A stretch of DNA of 64,000 bases from the NCBI GenBank assembly GCA_026388535.1, contig JAPLJP010000093.1, positions 14,553 to 78,552 of the forward strand. The letters run 5' to 3'. The notes under the pieces were generated by a model. It searched no databases. It was not told the origin of the DNA and saw nothing but the letters and a program-made list of their open reading frames with translations. The position numbers and the translations under genes are program-made. Shown one piece after another: positions 46,331-56,716 of this stretch. This DNA comes from Deltaproteobacteria bacterium (GTDB taxonomy: Bacteria; Desulfobacterota; Syntrophia; Syntrophales; Smithellaceae). The stretch's first letter is position 1; each line of letters begins with the position of its first letter.

Positions 46331-47776
46331 CTACACAACCGGTATTTTTACCGTAAATGTCGTCCCTTTTCCCACCTCGCTTTTAACCGTAATTTCTCCT
46401 TTATGTCTCTGGATGATTTCATAGGTAATGCTCAGCCCCAGGCCTGTTCCCTTGCCCGCATCCTTGGTTGTGAAGAATGGTTCGAATATTTTAACAAGAT
46501 TTTTTCTGGGTATTCCGACGCCCGTATCGGAAACATTCATCCAGACGAAGTTGTCCTTATGCCATGTCTTAATCGTTATTATCCCCTGTTCTTTAATGGA
46601 GTTAACCGCGTTGATCAGGAGGTTTATAAATACTTGATTTATCTGCTGAGGATAACACTTGATAAGAGGCAGACTGCCGTAATCTTTTTTCAGTGTGGAT
46701 TTGTATTTCAATTCGTTCCAGACCATATTTATAGCGCTATCTATACATTCATTGATGTCGGCATCCTTATATTCTTCCTCATCCATTCTGGAGAAGCTGT
46801 TAAGCTCGTGGACTATCTTTTTCACCCTTTCCGAACCATCAAGTGATTCCGTAATCAGTCCTTTCACATCATCAATAATATGGTCCAGTTTTAATTCCTG
46901 CCGTTTTTTCTTAAGATTCCTGACAGCATTCGCGTTCTTAAGAGATTTAATAACGTCCGACTGGGTCTGGATAAAATCAATCAATCGCTGAATATACTTA
47001 TCGAGCGTTCCCAGATTGCTCGCGATAAAAGCCATGGGATTGTTGATTTCATGGGCCACACCAGCGGCAAGCTGTCCGATGGAAGCCATCTTCTCCTGTT
47101 GGAGAATCTTCAGTTGGGATGCCTTTAGTTCTTCATAGGCCTCTCCGAGTCTTTCCAGGGTAAGCTGAGCATTTCTCCTGCTTTCATCGATTTCCTTGTT
47201 TTTCTTGATCAGCTCTTCCTGGTTCTTTTTCAATGCATCTTCCATCTGTCTACGTTTAGTGACGTCCCGGGAAATGCCCCGGAATCCGATAAGCGTGCCT
47301 TCGGTATCCCTGACAATAGACACCGATGTTTCACAAATCAATTTCGTTCCATCTTTGCAAATTGCTTCCGTATCTATAAGGGTAGTCGATTCATTGGTTC
47401 TGTAGCTTTTATCCACGGCAGCATACAGCATTTTTACGGTTGGTTCGTCTAAAAGATACCAATATTTCTTTCCTATTAATTCTTCTCTCGTATATCCTAG
47501 TTTGCTGCACATAGCGTTATTAACGAAGGTAAACTTGCCATTTATATCTGCTTCATAGTAAGCTTCTTCAATGTCTTCAAGGATGACGCGGCGTTTCTCC
47601 GCGTTTTCGCGCATCGCCTCTTCCATTTTTTTACGCTCGGCTTCTCTGCGCTCAAATTTTCTACGCTCAGCGCTCCTGCGCTCAACTTCATTCTGTACAT
47701 CTTCTTTTTCTTTACGCTCACCTCTACGCTCGCCGGACCTGCGATCAGTTCTTCTACGCTCAGCGATTTTTTCCAT
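46331..47776 (-). CDS. Cytoplasmic PAS-domain sensor histidine kinase with an Arg/Glu-rich N-terminus
   Basis: The start is ATG 47776 (MEKIAERRR), preceded by AGGAGGG. It has a PAS domain '[39 protein letters not shown]', the H-box 'VAHEINNPM', the N-box 'NLLINAVNS', G1 'DTGVGI' and G2 'GKGTGLGLS'. I see no TM segment and no adjacent response regulator. Confidence 0.85.
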   Translation of the reverse strand: MEKIAERRRTDRRSGERRGERKEKEDVQNEVERRSAERRKFERREAERKKMEEAMRENAEKRRVILEDIEEAYYEADINGKFTFVNNAMCSKLGYTREELIGKKYWYLLDEPTVKMLYAAVDKSYRTNESTTLIDTEAICKDGTKLICETSVSIVRDTEGTLIGFRGISRDVTKRRQMEDALKKNQEELIKKNKEIDESRRNAQLTLERLGEAYEELKASQLKILQQEKMASIGQLAAGVAHEINNPMAFIASNLGTLDKYIQRLIDFIQTQSDVIKSLKNANAVRNLKKKRQELKLDHIIDDVKGLITESLDGSERVKKIVHELNSFSRMDEEEYKDADINECIDSAINMVWNELKYKSTLKKDYGSLPLIKCYPQQINQVFINLLINAVNSIKEQGIITIKTWHKDNFVWMNVSDTGVGIPRKNLVKIFEPFFTTKDAGKGTGLGLSITYEIIQRHKGEITVKSEVGKGTTFTVKIPVV

Positions 47777-47875
47777 ATTTCCCTCCTGAAACAAAGCCAT
47801 GTTCAGATAATTCAACTCGCGGCGGCAAAACGCAGCAATTGCCCCGCCCGCGCTCTGAACAGCATTATTGGACGG

Positions 47876-49156
47876 TTAAGGCTCTTCCAATACGTCAGAT
47901 GTTTTATTCTCGAGCAAAACGGCGACGGACGCGCCGGGAAGTTCTTGAACAGCTCGCAATTTGTTCTGAATCGTTTTTGATTTTTTCCGGGCGTCATCCA
48001 CGGAATTGGCGGCCTGTTCCAACCTTTTATGCACAGCATCCAGAGTGTCGCCGAATTTACCGAATGCTGTTTTTACCTCGGTCAGCACGCTCCAGACCTC
48101 GCTGGAGCGTTTCTGAATCGCCAGCGTTCGGAAACCCATTTGCAGGCTGTTTAAGATAGCGGCGAAAGTGGTGGGGCCGGTAACAACAATATGGTACTCT
48201 CTCTGCAAGAGTCCAACCAGAGCCGTACGGCGGATGACTTCCGCATAGAGCCCCTCCGAAGGCAGAAACATAATGCCGAAATCCGTAGTTTTCGGCGGCG
48301 CGAGATATTTTTGGGAAATATCTCTGGCGGCTTTTTTGACGCTTGCCTCCAGTTGCCGGCCGGCCTCGTCCGCGGCGGCGGCATCAGCCCGTTCCTGCGC
48401 GTCCAGCAGGCGCTGATAATCTTCCACTGGAAATTTGGCATCCACCGGAATCAGCACGGAATCAGCATCAGAGTCGCCCTGTCCGGGAAGCTTTATGGCG
48501 AATTCGACAAAATCGCTTCCGTTCTCGTTTATCTTGACATTCTTCAAGTATTGTTCAGGGGAGAGGATTTCATCCAGAAGCGCGCCCAGCTGCACTTCAC
48601 CCCATGTGCCGCGCGATTTGACGTTGGTTAGCACCTTCTTTAAATCGCCAACTCCGGCGGCCAGAGAGCGCATATCGCCGAGACCCTGATGAACCAGTTC
48701 GAGTCTTTCGGAGACCTGCCGGAAGGATTCCCCCAAACGTTTTTCCAGCGTGTTTTGCAGTTTTTCGTCTACCGTCTCGCGCATCCGGTCGAGCTGACGG
48801 GTATTGTCTTCCTGAATCTGCTTTAGCTTCTCATCAACAATCATCCTGACAGCTTCTATTTTCTTTTCAGTGGCAGCGGTTAGCTCAGCCAGGCGCATCT
48901 GCACAGAATCCTCGAATGATTTAAATGATTGGGCAAGCTCAGTTCGTTCCTGCTGTGCCTGTATCTGCGTCTCCGCCCGCGAACGCGCGATTTCTTCGCG
49001 CACAGAGCGGTCCGTTCTTTCCTGAAAATCCCGCAGATTATCCAGTTTGTTCACAAGATTCGCGTAATCAACAAAGCCGTGCGAGGCTTGCCAGTACAAT
49101 AGGACAAAGCCGGCGATCATCAGGACTATAATTATTATAATCAGAATTACTTCCAT
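47876..49156 (-). CDS. rmuC: DNA recombination protein RmuC
   Basis: It has an N-terminal TM helix, a long coiled coil, and then 'SRGTWGEVQLGALLDEILSPEQY' and 'DAKFPVEDY', which are typical of RmuC. The start is ATG 49156, preceded by GGAGA. Confidence 0.8.
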   Translation of the reverse strand: MEVILIIIIIVLMIAGFVLLYWQASHGFVDYANLVNKLDNLRDFQERTDRSVREEIARSRAETQIQAQQERTELAQSFKSFEDSVQMRLAELTAATEKKIEAVRMIVDEKLKQIQEDNTRQLDRMRETVDEKLQNTLEKRLGESFRQVSERLELVHQGLGDMRSLAAGVGDLKKVLTNVKSRGTWGEVQLGALLDEILSPEQYLKNVKINENGSDFVEFAIKLPGQGDSDADSVLIPVDAKFPVEDYQRLLDAQERADAAAADEAGRQLEASVKKAARDISQKYLAPPKTTDFGIMFLPSEGLYAEVIRRTALVGLLQREYHIVVTGPTTFAAILNSLQMGFRTLAIQKRSSEVWSVLTEVKTAFGKFGDTLDAVHKRLEQAANSVDDARKKSKTIQNKLRAVQELPGASVAVLLENKTSDVLEEP

Positions 49157-49483
49157 TCTTTCTCCGCTATAATTCGAATAAAATTTACCATACAAAAAAT
49201 CTCCGAGAACAGAGACAAGGCCGCTTTTTTCACAAGCGAACCTGAAAATTCATTAAATAAACGTGGAAGAAAATGACGGCTGAATATAGCGGTTAAGATA
49301 CCGGCGTGTCAAGCTAAATGACCAGATTTGACGTGTTTTCATCAAGCGGCGCCTCTATCACGCCAAAACACTGTATTAATTAGGGAACATATTTGTAAGT
49401 TGCATAATTTACGGCTTTTGGGTATAAACCAGCGTCCGCATAATTTTGGCGGATTAAAACATCCGCTTATTTCAAGGTTGAAC

Positions 49484-52465
49484 ATGGCCATTAGAATTGA
49501 AGTTGGTTTTAAAAAAGGCATCCGCGACGCGCTGGGAGAAAAGGTAAAAAAACGGATTATCGACAACCTGTCCCTTCCTGTTGAGAAAGTAAGCACGATT
49601 GAAGTTTACACCATCGCCGGCGATTTGACCAAAGACAAATTAACCAGAGCCGCCGCCGGTCCGCTTTCCGACCCGATAATCCAGAACTTTGCCATTAACA
49701 AACCGCTGGTCTCCGGTTTTGACTGGCTGATAGAAGTCGGTTTTAGGCCCGGTGTCACGGACAACGTGGGCAAAACCGCCCGCGAAGCGATTGAACTCAT
49801 GCTGGGCGTCGACAAAGGCGAACGAAAAATCGGCGTCTATACATCACGCCAGTATCGAATCTGCGGAAAAATCACCAGAGACGACGCGGAAAAAATCGCC
49901 TCCGGCCTTCTGGCCAACGATTTGATCGAACGCCATCAAATAGTTTCCGCGAAAAATTTTGATTTCCTCCGCGGGATACCGGCCTACATACCTCAAGTAT
50001 CGGGCATAGCCAAGCCCGTGGTGGAGGAAATCAATCTAACCGCCGCCGGAACAGAAGAACTTTTAAAAATCAGCAGAGAGCGGATTCTGGCGTTGAATCT
50101 GCAGGAAATGAAGGCCCTCCGCGCTTATTACCGCGATAAAAAAACGGTTGCCGCCAGAGAAAAAGTCGGGCTGGGCTCAAGCCTCACGGATGTGGAGCTG
50201 GAGTGCCTCGCACAGACCTGGTCGGAACACTGCAAGCATAAAATATTCAACAGCAAGATTCATTACACCGACGGTAAAAAGAGAATGACCATTGATTCTC
50301 TTTTCAAAACCTATATCCAGGGCTCCACGGCTAAAATCCGCAAAGCTAAAGGAAAGAAAGATTTCTGCCTTTCCGTTTTTGTAGATAACGCCGGCATAAT
50401 CAGATTCAATGATGATTTCAATCTTGTTTTCAAAGTCGAAACGCATAACTCTCCTTCCGCTCTTGATCCTTACGGCGGAGCACTGACCGGAATTGTCGGC
50501 GTTAACCGCGACCCCTTCGGCACCGGCCTCGGCGCGAAACTTATCTTCAACACCGACGTGTTCTGCTTTGCCTCGCCGTTTCATAAAAAGAAACTGCCGC
50601 CGCGCATTCTTCATCCGCGCCGGATTTACGAAGGCGTGCGCGAGGGCGTGGAGCACGGGGGAAACAAAAGCGGAATTCCCACCGTTAACGGCAGTATTGT
50701 TTTTGATGAAAGATTTCTGGGAAAACCCCTTGTTTACTGCGGCACCGCCGGCATAATGCCCGCGCGCATCGGCGGCAAAACCACGCACAAAAAAGAAATC
50801 AATCCCGGCGACCTGATCGTCATGACGGGCGGACGCATCGGTAAGGACGGCATTCACGGAGCGACCTTCTCCTCCGAGGAACTGCACGAAGGATCGCCGG
50901 TAACGGCAGTGCAGATCGGCGACCCCATCACCCAGAAAAAAATGACCGATTTTCTGCTGGTTGCACGCAACCGCGGTCTTTATCGCGCCATTACTGACAA
51001 CGGAGCGGGAGGGCTTTCCTCTTCTGTTGGCGAGATGGCCACCTATTCCGGCGGCTGTGAGCTTGATCTGATTCATGCTCCCCTGAAATACGCAGGCCTT
51101 CAGCCATGGGAGATTCTTGTTTCCGAAGCGCAGGAAAGAATGACGCTGGCGATTGACCCGAAGAAAATAAAACAATTTCTGGCACTGGCCCAAAAGATGG
51201 ATGTGGAGGCGACCGTTTTGGGAGAATTTACCGCCTCCGGAGTATTTCACGTCCTTTTCGGCGGAAGAACAGTCGCGTATCTGGACATGGAATTTCTCCA
51301 CGCCGGCGTTCCCCAGATGAAATTAAACGCCAGATGGAAGCCGCCGAAAAATAAAGAACCGCGCTTCGCACCGCCTAAGAACATGGGTATGGAGCTGAAT
51401 AAAATGCTCTCGCGCCTGAACATCTGCTCGAAGGAATCTGTGGTGCGCCAGTACGATCACGAAGTTCAGGGCGGCTCTGTAATCAAACCGCTGACCGGCG
51501 CGAAGAATGACGGTCCTTCCGATGCCGCGGTAATCAGGCCGCTGCTGGATTCCAGGGAAGGAGTTGTCGTCGCACACGGCATCTGCCCGCGCTACAGCGA
51601 CATTGATACTTATCACATGACCGCCTGCGCCATTGACGAAGCAATACGCAATGCGGTATCCGTCGGCGCCGATATTGATAATCTGGCGGGACTTGATAAT
51701 TTCTGCTGGTGCGATCCCGTTAAATCCGCGAAAACTCCCGATGGCGAATACAAATTAGCACAGCTTGTCCGCGCGAATATGGCCATCTACGATTACACGA
51801 CGGCTTTCGGCGTTCCCTGCATTTCCGGCAAGGACAGCATGAAAAACGATTACCAGATAGGCAACACCAAAATATCCATTCCGCCGACAATTCTTTATTC
51901 CGTCATCGGCGGGGTAAAAGATGTGCGCAGGGCCGTCACCATGGACGCCAAAAGGGCGGGCGATCTTGTTTATATCATTGGCGAGACCAAAGATGAAATG
52001 GGCGGCTCGGAATGGTTTGCCCTCAGAAATTTTATCGGCAACAATGTCCCCCGGGTGAATGCAGCAAAAGCCATAAAAATTTACCGCGCCATGTATAAGG
52101 CCATCCAGGCCGGAATCATCGCTTCGTGCCACGACTGTTCCGACGGCGGACTTGCTGTCACGCTTGCCGAGAGCGCTATGGCCGGCGCGCTGGGAATAAA
52201 AACTGATTTGAATCTTGTTCCCTACAAGGGGGAAAAAAGAAACGACTATATTTTATTTTCGGAGACGGCCAGCCGTCTCGTGGCGACCATACGGCCGGAA
52301 AATAAAAGTAAGTTCGAAAAAATCATGGCCGGAAACATCATCGGCGAAATCGGCGTTGTCACCAATGATGGTTTATTTCAAACAACCGGTCTGGACGGCA
52401 AATTGATTATTAAGGAAAAAATCAGCAGACTCAAACAAGCGTGGCAAAAGCCCCTTGATTTTTAA
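49484..52465 (+). CDS. purL: Phosphoribosylformylglycinamidine (FGAM) synthase, PurL with fused PurS-like N-terminal domains
   Basis: The start is ATG 49484 (MAIRIEVGFKKG). About 250 aa of PurS-like repeats are followed by the PurL core ('ETHNSPSALDPYGGALTG', 'GDPITQKK', 'DNGAGGLSSS'). The protein is 993 aa. The track's 52-codon upstream extension has no support. Confidence 0.85.
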   Translation: MAIRIEVGFKKGIRDALGEKVKKRIIDNLSLPVEKVSTIEVYTIAGDLTKDKLTRAAAGPLSDPIIQNFAINKPLVSGFDWLIEVGFRPGVTDNVGKTAREAIELMLGVDKGERKIGVYTSRQYRICGKITRDDAEKIASGLLANDLIERHQIVSAKNFDFLRGIPAYIPQVSGIAKPVVEEINLTAAGTEELLKISRERILALNLQEMKALRAYYRDKKTVAAREKVGLGSSLTDVELECLAQTWSEHCKHKIFNSKIHYTDGKKRMTIDSLFKTYIQGSTAKIRKAKGKKDFCLSVFVDNAGIIRFNDDFNLVFKVETHNSPSALDPYGGALTGIVGVNRDPFGTGLGAKLIFNTDVFCFASPFHKKKLPPRILHPRRIYEGVREGVEHGGNKSGIPTVNGSIVFDERFLGKPLVYCGTAGIMPARIGGKTTHKKEINPGDLIVMTGGRIGKDGIHGATFSSEELHEGSPVTAVQIGDPITQKKMTDFLLVARNRGLYRAITDNGAGGLSSSVGEMATYSGGCELDLIHAPLKYAGLQPWEILVSEAQERMTLAIDPKKIKQFLALAQKMDVEATVLGEFTASGVFHVLFGGRTVAYLDMEFLHAGVPQMKLNARWKPPKNKEPRFAPPKNMGMELNKMLSRLNICSKESVVRQYDHEVQGGSVIKPLTGAKNDGPSDAAVIRPLLDSREGVVVAHGICPRYSDIDTYHMTACAIDEAIRNAVSVGADIDNLAGLDNFCWCDPVKSAKTPDGEYKLAQLVRANMAIYDYTTAFGVPCISGKDSMKNDYQIGNTKISIPPTILYSVIGGVKDVRRAVTMDAKRAGDLVYIIGETKDEMGGSEWFALRNFIGNNVPRVNAAKAIKIYRAMYKAIQAGIIASCHDCSDGGLAVTLAESAMAGALGIKTDLNLVPYKGEKRNDYILFSETASRLVATIRPENKSKFEKIMAGNIIGEIGVVTNDGLFQTTGLDGKLIIKEKISRLKQAWQKPLDF

Positions 52466-52480
52466 AAGCAGGATTTATTT

Positions 52481-53305
52481 ATGCCCCGTAAAGTAAAAGC
52501 AATAATATTGACCGGCAACGGCACCAACTGCGAAACGGAAATGGCGCGGGCATGCAAGATGGCGGGCGCCGATGGCGCCGATATTGTTCACATCAGCGAA
52601 CTGCTCTACGGAGACCGGCGTCTGGACGACTATTCCTTCCTCAATCTGCCGGGAGGATTTCTCGACGGCGACGACCTCGGCTCAGCTAAAGCCGGCGCCA
52701 ACCGTTTCCTGCACGCCGGAATCTCCGGCGGAAGAGAAATGCTTTTCGACCAGCTGATTAAATTCATCCGCACGGGAAAATTAATTCTGGGCGTCTGTAA
52801 CGGATTTCAACTGATGATTAAACTGGGGCTTCTTCCGGCATTGGAAGGAGTTTACAGAAAGCAAAGCTCCACATTAACCTACAACGATTCCGGGCGTTTT
52901 GAAGACCGCTGGGTTTATCTGAAGGGAAACGCTAAAAGCCCCTGTGTCTACACCAGAGGAGCGGATATACTGTATCTGCCTGTTAGGCATGGGGAGGGCA
53001 AGTTTATTCCGAGAAGCTTTTCAATTCTGCGGCAAATCGAAAAGAAAAATCTTTTCGCGCTTCGATACTGCGAAGAGGACGGTCTGCCGTCAATGGAATA
53101 TCCGGCCAATCCCAACGGATCGGTAAACGCTATTGCCGGAATCTGTGACGAATCAGGACGTCTTTTCGGCCTGATGCCTCATCCTGAGGCTTATTTATGC
53201 CGCGTGAACCATCCCCGCTGGACAAGGGAAGAACTGCCCCGAGAAGGACAGGGATTGATAATTTTCCGCAACGCGGTAAATTTTATCCGGAGTAAGGAAT
53301 TTTAA
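52481..53305 (+). CDS. purQ: FGAM synthase glutamine amidotransferase subunit PurQ
   Basis: It has the nucleophile elbow 'GVCNGFQ' and the 'MPHPE' histidine motif. Confidence 0.85.
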   Translation: MPRKVKAIILTGNGTNCETEMARACKMAGADGADIVHISELLYGDRRLDDYSFLNLPGGFLDGDDLGSAKAGANRFLHAGISGGREMLFDQLIKFIRTGKLILGVCNGFQLMIKLGLLPALEGVYRKQSSTLTYNDSGRFEDRWVYLKGNAKSPCVYTRGADILYLPVRHGEGKFIPRSFSILRQIEKKNLFALRYCEEDGLPSMEYPANPNGSVNAIAGICDESGRLFGLMPHPEAYLCRVNHPRWTREELPREGQGLIIFRNAVNFIRSKEF

Positions 53306-53349
53306 TTCAGGAAATATTAAAGGTCTCACGCTGAGATTTAAAGCGGAAA

Positions 53350-54123
53350 TTATTTTCTTGCTTTGTAGTACTGAAATTCGCCGGGTATATCAACCAACTG
53401 TTTGAACTCCCGATCGGAGGCGGCCATCATCTCGTTGAACCAGTTGGGGGAAATAATTTCCCTGGCGGCGTCCTCGTCAATAAAATTAAGGTCTTCCGTT
53501 TTGAGGCGCAGTTTGCTCAACACAGGGAGATTATCTTCTCTGGAAACCATGAATGCAACCTTTTCGTACCAGATGTCGCCGAAATCATTCAACGGGAAAC
53601 TGATATCACCACGCCACGGATCGGTCAAAACAACATGTCCTTTGTAAATTCCCCTGAAAACGACAAAATGCCGGTATTCAAATATTTTTATCGGTATGAT
53701 ACAGGGAGCCTTCAGTTCTGATAAGTCATTCAAATCAAGCTTGAAGCCGTCCGCCTTGTAACCGAGCGCGGTGACGAATTTCTTCATATCCAGCAGGGAA
53801 AAGGCCTGGCGTTTTTCTATTTGTGCGGGATCGCCATAATGCAGAAGCCCGTAAATAACCTGTTTTTCGGTGAATTTCTCCCCCAGATAAAAATTGAGAA
53901 GAATAGCGAGAGCGGCGGAACCGCAGGAAAAGTCATAGTTCTGCTTTATCAAATGATCCTTGTTGATTTCCGAAACAGGATTTACGTGAACGCGGATATG
54001 CCCTGGTCCCGGACCGGGAACGGCCAGGTTAATCTCCGGTTTCGGCTGATCCAGAAGAGGAAAAAAATCGGAGGTGAAAGAAACGAGAACAGCGAATATT
54101 CCTGCTATTATCAACGCTCCCAT
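53350..54123 (-). CDS. Stand-alone, membrane-anchored C39-like cysteine peptidase domain protein
   Basis: The protein is 257 aa. It has an N-terminal TM 'ALIIAGIFAVLVSF'. Candidate catalytic residues are Cys in 'NYDFSCGSAALAILLN', His in 'YRHFVVFRG' and Asp in 'LTDPW', in C39 order and spacing. There is no ABC-transporter domain. A strong RBS (AGGAGG) precedes ATG 54123. Confidence 0.65.
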   Translation of the reverse strand: MGALIIAGIFAVLVSFTSDFFPLLDQPKPEINLAVPGPGPGHIRVHVNPVSEINKDHLIKQNYDFSCGSAALAILLNFYLGEKFTEKQVIYGLLHYGDPAQIEKRQAFSLLDMKKFVTALGYKADGFKLDLNDLSELKAPCIIPIKIFEYRHFVVFRGIYKGHVVLTDPWRGDISFPLNDFGDIWYEKVAFMVSREDNLPVLSKLRLKTEDLNFIDEDAAREIISPNWFNEMMAASDREFKQLVDIPGEFQYYKARK

Positions 54124-54285
54124 GAGAGAGCCACCTCCTGTTATTTCAGCCGGTTTAAAGGTTAATTTACCGGCGCGATTTTTGGCTTTATAGTTGTCGA
54201 GGAAAATTTATTATAAAGCTTATAAACAAACAGCCTGTTTGTCAGGCCGTTTTTATATTTATCCGAATAATGGCGCCCTAATTAA

Positions 54286-55242
54286 TTATAGGTGTTTCAG
54301 GGTTATTTCCTGTCTGTAGAAAATAACATTATCGAGACATATCGGCCCCCAGCTCCGCCCCGATTCCAACTGCATGCTTCTGACCTTTATGGTTGTCATC
54401 ATGGGAAGCTTTAACCTTAACACATTCGCGGTCGCACTTCTGCCGATATCAACGTTAGCTATGGTTGCTATTGAACCTCTGATGTCGCCGTTTTGCCAGT
54501 AGGTTGTAAAGGAGGATCCGCCTATATTCATGTTTCCGTTTGGAACCCATGTTGTCCAATCTTCACTAGCATTGTATGTGCCGGGGGTGGCGGCATAAAT
54601 ATAAAGGCCTTGTACATCAAAACTTCTCGGAGTGTCCCTATAGGTTAATTGAATCCTGCCTGTATAACCTCCCTGCGTCATATAACCTTCAAGACCTGAT
54701 CCGCCGCTGGACTGGGACAACTGCATCCACAGGGGGGTGGTCGTGTAATTGTGAGTCGTTCCCGCGATGGTAACGTCACGTCCCATATAAAGACCATTGA
54801 CTGTGAGATTGCCCAAAGTGCGTGAGTTGCCGCCGGCGACGACATTAACGTTGACTGCCGAGAGGTTGATTCCATTGGATGCGGTTGAGGGCAGGGCGAT
54901 TCCGTTCATAAAGAGCCATGTTTTTGTCCCGCTGGAACCGACATCAAGCAGAAGATTGGTGGAAATGCCAAATTTGCCGGCCGCGCTGTCTCCATTAATG
55001 GTCAGAAGAGGAAGATTAATGGCGTTTGTCCCGGCACCCGTAAGAGACGCTACGGTGACATTGGCATTGGCGCTCAGACCAAGACTTATGGTTATTCCGG
55101 CCTGGCCTTCGATTTTCGAAAGTTCGTCTTCGTCTATCGCCTTCATCTTCGCATATACGGAGGGATCGTACACGGAAGGAGCGAAAAGCAGAAGCAAAAT
55201 CACTATAAAAGTGACGACTCTCATGAAGTTAAAATTAAGCAC
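54286..55242 (-). CDS. Secreted beta-rich protein, family member 4 (318 aa)
   Basis: A signal peptide is followed by 'KMKAIDEDELSKIEGQAGITISL' and 'LLDVGSSGTKTW'. The composition is rich in G, S, T, N, A and V. The GTG start at 55242 is preceded by AGAAGG. Confidence 0.6.
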   Translation of the reverse strand: MLNFNFMRVVTFIVILLLLFAPSVYDPSVYAKMKAIDEDELSKIEGQAGITISLGLSANANVTVASLTGAGTNAINLPLLTINGDSAAGKFGISTNLLLDVGSSGTKTWLFMNGIALPSTASNGINLSAVNVNVVAGGNSRTLGNLTVNGLYMGRDVTIAGTTHNYTTTPLWMQLSQSSGGSGLEGYMTQGGYTGRIQLTYRDTPRSFDVQGLYIYAATPGTYNASEDWTTWVPNGNMNIGGSSFTTYWQNGDIRGSIATIANVDIGRSATANVLRLKLPMMTTIKVRSMQLESGRSWGPICLDNVIFYRQEITLKHL

Positions 55243-55280
55243 AAAATTACCTTCTCTTTTTATTCACTTCAATGCCCCAA

Positions 55281-55760
55281 TTAATGGGCGAAAACCTGGA
55301 CAGTACCTGTTACGGATGTGGTAAATTTCTCCATACTAATGCCCATCATGTTGGTGGTGGTGGACAGAGCGGCGGTGCTATCAAGCCTTAGATTGGCGGT
55401 GATATTGCACGGTCCAAGGGTCAGAGTCGGCATAACCATATTTATTCTTGTCGCGGTACCACTGCTTCCGACATCAACAATGGCGTCGCCGCTTATCACT
55501 AATGTATTTCCGCCGTTTATGACGACATTGTTCGCTCCGAAATAGCCGGGGGAAGCAAAGTCCGTAAAGCCGTCGGAATCGCCGAAGGCCATGGTTGCCA
55601 TAGTAGTAGTGCCTACCGTGAAATTACTGAAATTGATGCTCACGCCCGCTTGACCAGTCACATTATCCAGATCACCGTCGGTAATGGCGTGTTTGGCAAA
55701 CGCGGAAACAGGCATCATCATAAATATTGCTGCAATTGCCAGTAATAATATTTTTTTCAT
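55281..55760 (-). CDS. Secreted beta-rich protein, family member 3 (159 aa)
   Basis: The signal peptide is MKKILLLAIAAIFMMMPVSAFA. It is followed by 'KHAITDGDLDNVTGQAGVSINF', 'FGDSDGFTD' and 'VDVGSSGTATR'. The protein ends ...VQVFAH. Confidence 0.65.
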   Translation of the reverse strand: MKKILLLAIAAIFMMMPVSAFAKHAITDGDLDNVTGQAGVSINFSNFTVGTTTMATMAFGDSDGFTDFASPGYFGANNVVINGGNTLVISGDAIVDVGSSGTATRINMVMPTLTLGPCNITANLRLDSTAALSTTTNMMGISMEKFTTSVTGTVQVFAH

Positions 55761-55840
55761 TATTTTCCCTCTTCAAATTTTATCTATTCAGGGTAAGGCC
55801 ATTTGCTTTCAACTTCTTTTAACCTAATTTACCGCCCGCA

Positions 55841-55867
55841 GTCATTTCGAGCGAAAGCGAGAAATCC
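55841..55867. repeat. Short hairpin repeat (GTCATTTCGAGCGAAAGCGAGAAATCC type)
   Basis: The stem is ATTTCGAGCG?/CGAGAAAT-like: TCATTTCGAGCG-aaa-GCGAGAAATCC. It is an AT-variant of the hairpin at 36437. Confidence 0.55.
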
Positions 55868-55973
55868 TTGAACTCCGTGCTTTCCGGCTCTTTTAATATT
55901 CCCCCTACCGGTAAACCGGTATTCGGAATGATAATTTTAAAACTCTTTAAACTTTTAATCCGGGTGTGAAAAA

Positions 55974-56007
55974 GGGGCACGGGCAAGCGGTTGTCCGTGC
56001 CTCTTTT
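55974..56007 (-). terminator. Rho-independent terminator candidate after the 56054..56533 gene
   Basis: The minus strand reads GAGGCACGG-acaaccgcttgc-CCGTGCCCC followed by TTTTT. The stem has one mismatch. Confidence 0.5.
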
Positions 56008-56053
56008 CACGTTTTCACAACGGCTGAAACAAACGCCGTTTTGCTCTCAAGTA

Positions 56054-56533
56054 TTAATGAGCGTGAATAATCAGCGTACCCTTGGGGGTTAAGGAAACGC
56101 CTGACATAAAAGACGTGCCCAATATTCCAGCGCTGGCTAAATTATCAGACTGAGACAGCTTGAGTACCTGCGTCATAGACCCGGCGAGAGCAATTGTGGG
56201 CAGACCGATTCCGATAGCGGTTACTGTACCAGAAGAACCGACATCAATTGTCAGGTCACCGGAAATAGTAACAAAATTAGTTGTCGAGTCGATGGTAGCA
56301 CCAACCCAACCGGCGGCGGTGTAACCTGCTGTACCTGTAAAGCCGTCAGAGTCGCCCCAGGACTGAGCATCAATCTTAACAGCTCCTAAACTAAATTGAT
56401 CGAAATTAATCGTTACGCCTACCTGGGCAGTGATGCCCGCCATTTCGCTTTCGGAAATAGGTGCCTTGGCAAATGAGGTAAAAGGTAACATTACAAAAGC
56501 CGCTAATACTGCAAACAATAAAACTTTCTTCAT
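56054..56533 (-). CDS. Secreted beta-rich protein, family member 2 (159 aa; candidate major subunit)
   Basis: The signal peptide is MKKVLLFAVLAAFVMLPFTSFA. It is followed by 'KAPISESEMAGITAQVGVTINF', 'WGDSDGFTG' and 'IDVGSSGTVTA'. The protein ends ...LIIHAH. It has a strong RBS (AGGAGGAGAG) and terminator-like hairpins on both sides. Confidence 0.65.
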   Translation of the reverse strand: MKKVLLFAVLAAFVMLPFTSFAKAPISESEMAGITAQVGVTINFDQFSLGAVKIDAQSWGDSDGFTGTAGYTAAGWVGATIDSTTNFVTISGDLTIDVGSSGTVTAIGIGLPTIALAGSMTQVLKLSQSDNLASAGILGTSFMSGVSLTPKGTLIIHAH

Positions 56534-56716
56534 CTTCTCTCCTCCTAAAAAAAATTTGTTTTTGTTGTTATGCCGGTGAAATAACCTTCGCCTTCAGACT
56601 TGCGCGGGCCAACCGCTTTTTCTTCTCCCGCCAAGTCGTCGCGCCTGTTTGTTCTCCAGCGGGTTAAATACTTCTGCTTCTTAACTAAACCAAACTTAAC
56701 TTCTTCTGCTATTTAT

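Noticed and set aside
49196-49483. purL leader checked for purine, ZTP or PRPP riboswitches. Small mutually exclusive hairpins were seen: TCCGC/GCGGA (49435-49453) versus GCGGAT/ATCCGC (49449-49466), followed by TTATTT.
   Set aside because: No purine-riboswitch junction motifs (UAUAAU..GAUAUGG..CCGUAAAU) and no ZTP motif (GGGUCGUGA...CCGCCUGGGC) were found. The stems are only 5-6 bp and the U-tract is interrupted, which is too weak to call an attenuator.
50177-51301. 374-aa ORF antisense to purL. Similar long antisense ORFs occur at 33873-34394, 35541-35906, 35896-36528, 51323-51616 and 51755-52132.
   Set aside because: They lie entirely within well-supported genes (purL, ceramidase-like, glmM) on the opposite strand in the GC-rich part of the window. 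Their products are low-complexity and R/A/G-rich with no recognisable motifs. These are typical shadow ORFs.
53350-54123. C39 peptidase as part of a bacteriocin/ABC-exporter (double-glycine leader) system.
   Set aside because: The protein has no ABC transporter domains. The neighbouring secreted proteins carry ordinary Sec signal peptides rather than GG-leaders. No immunity or modification genes are present.
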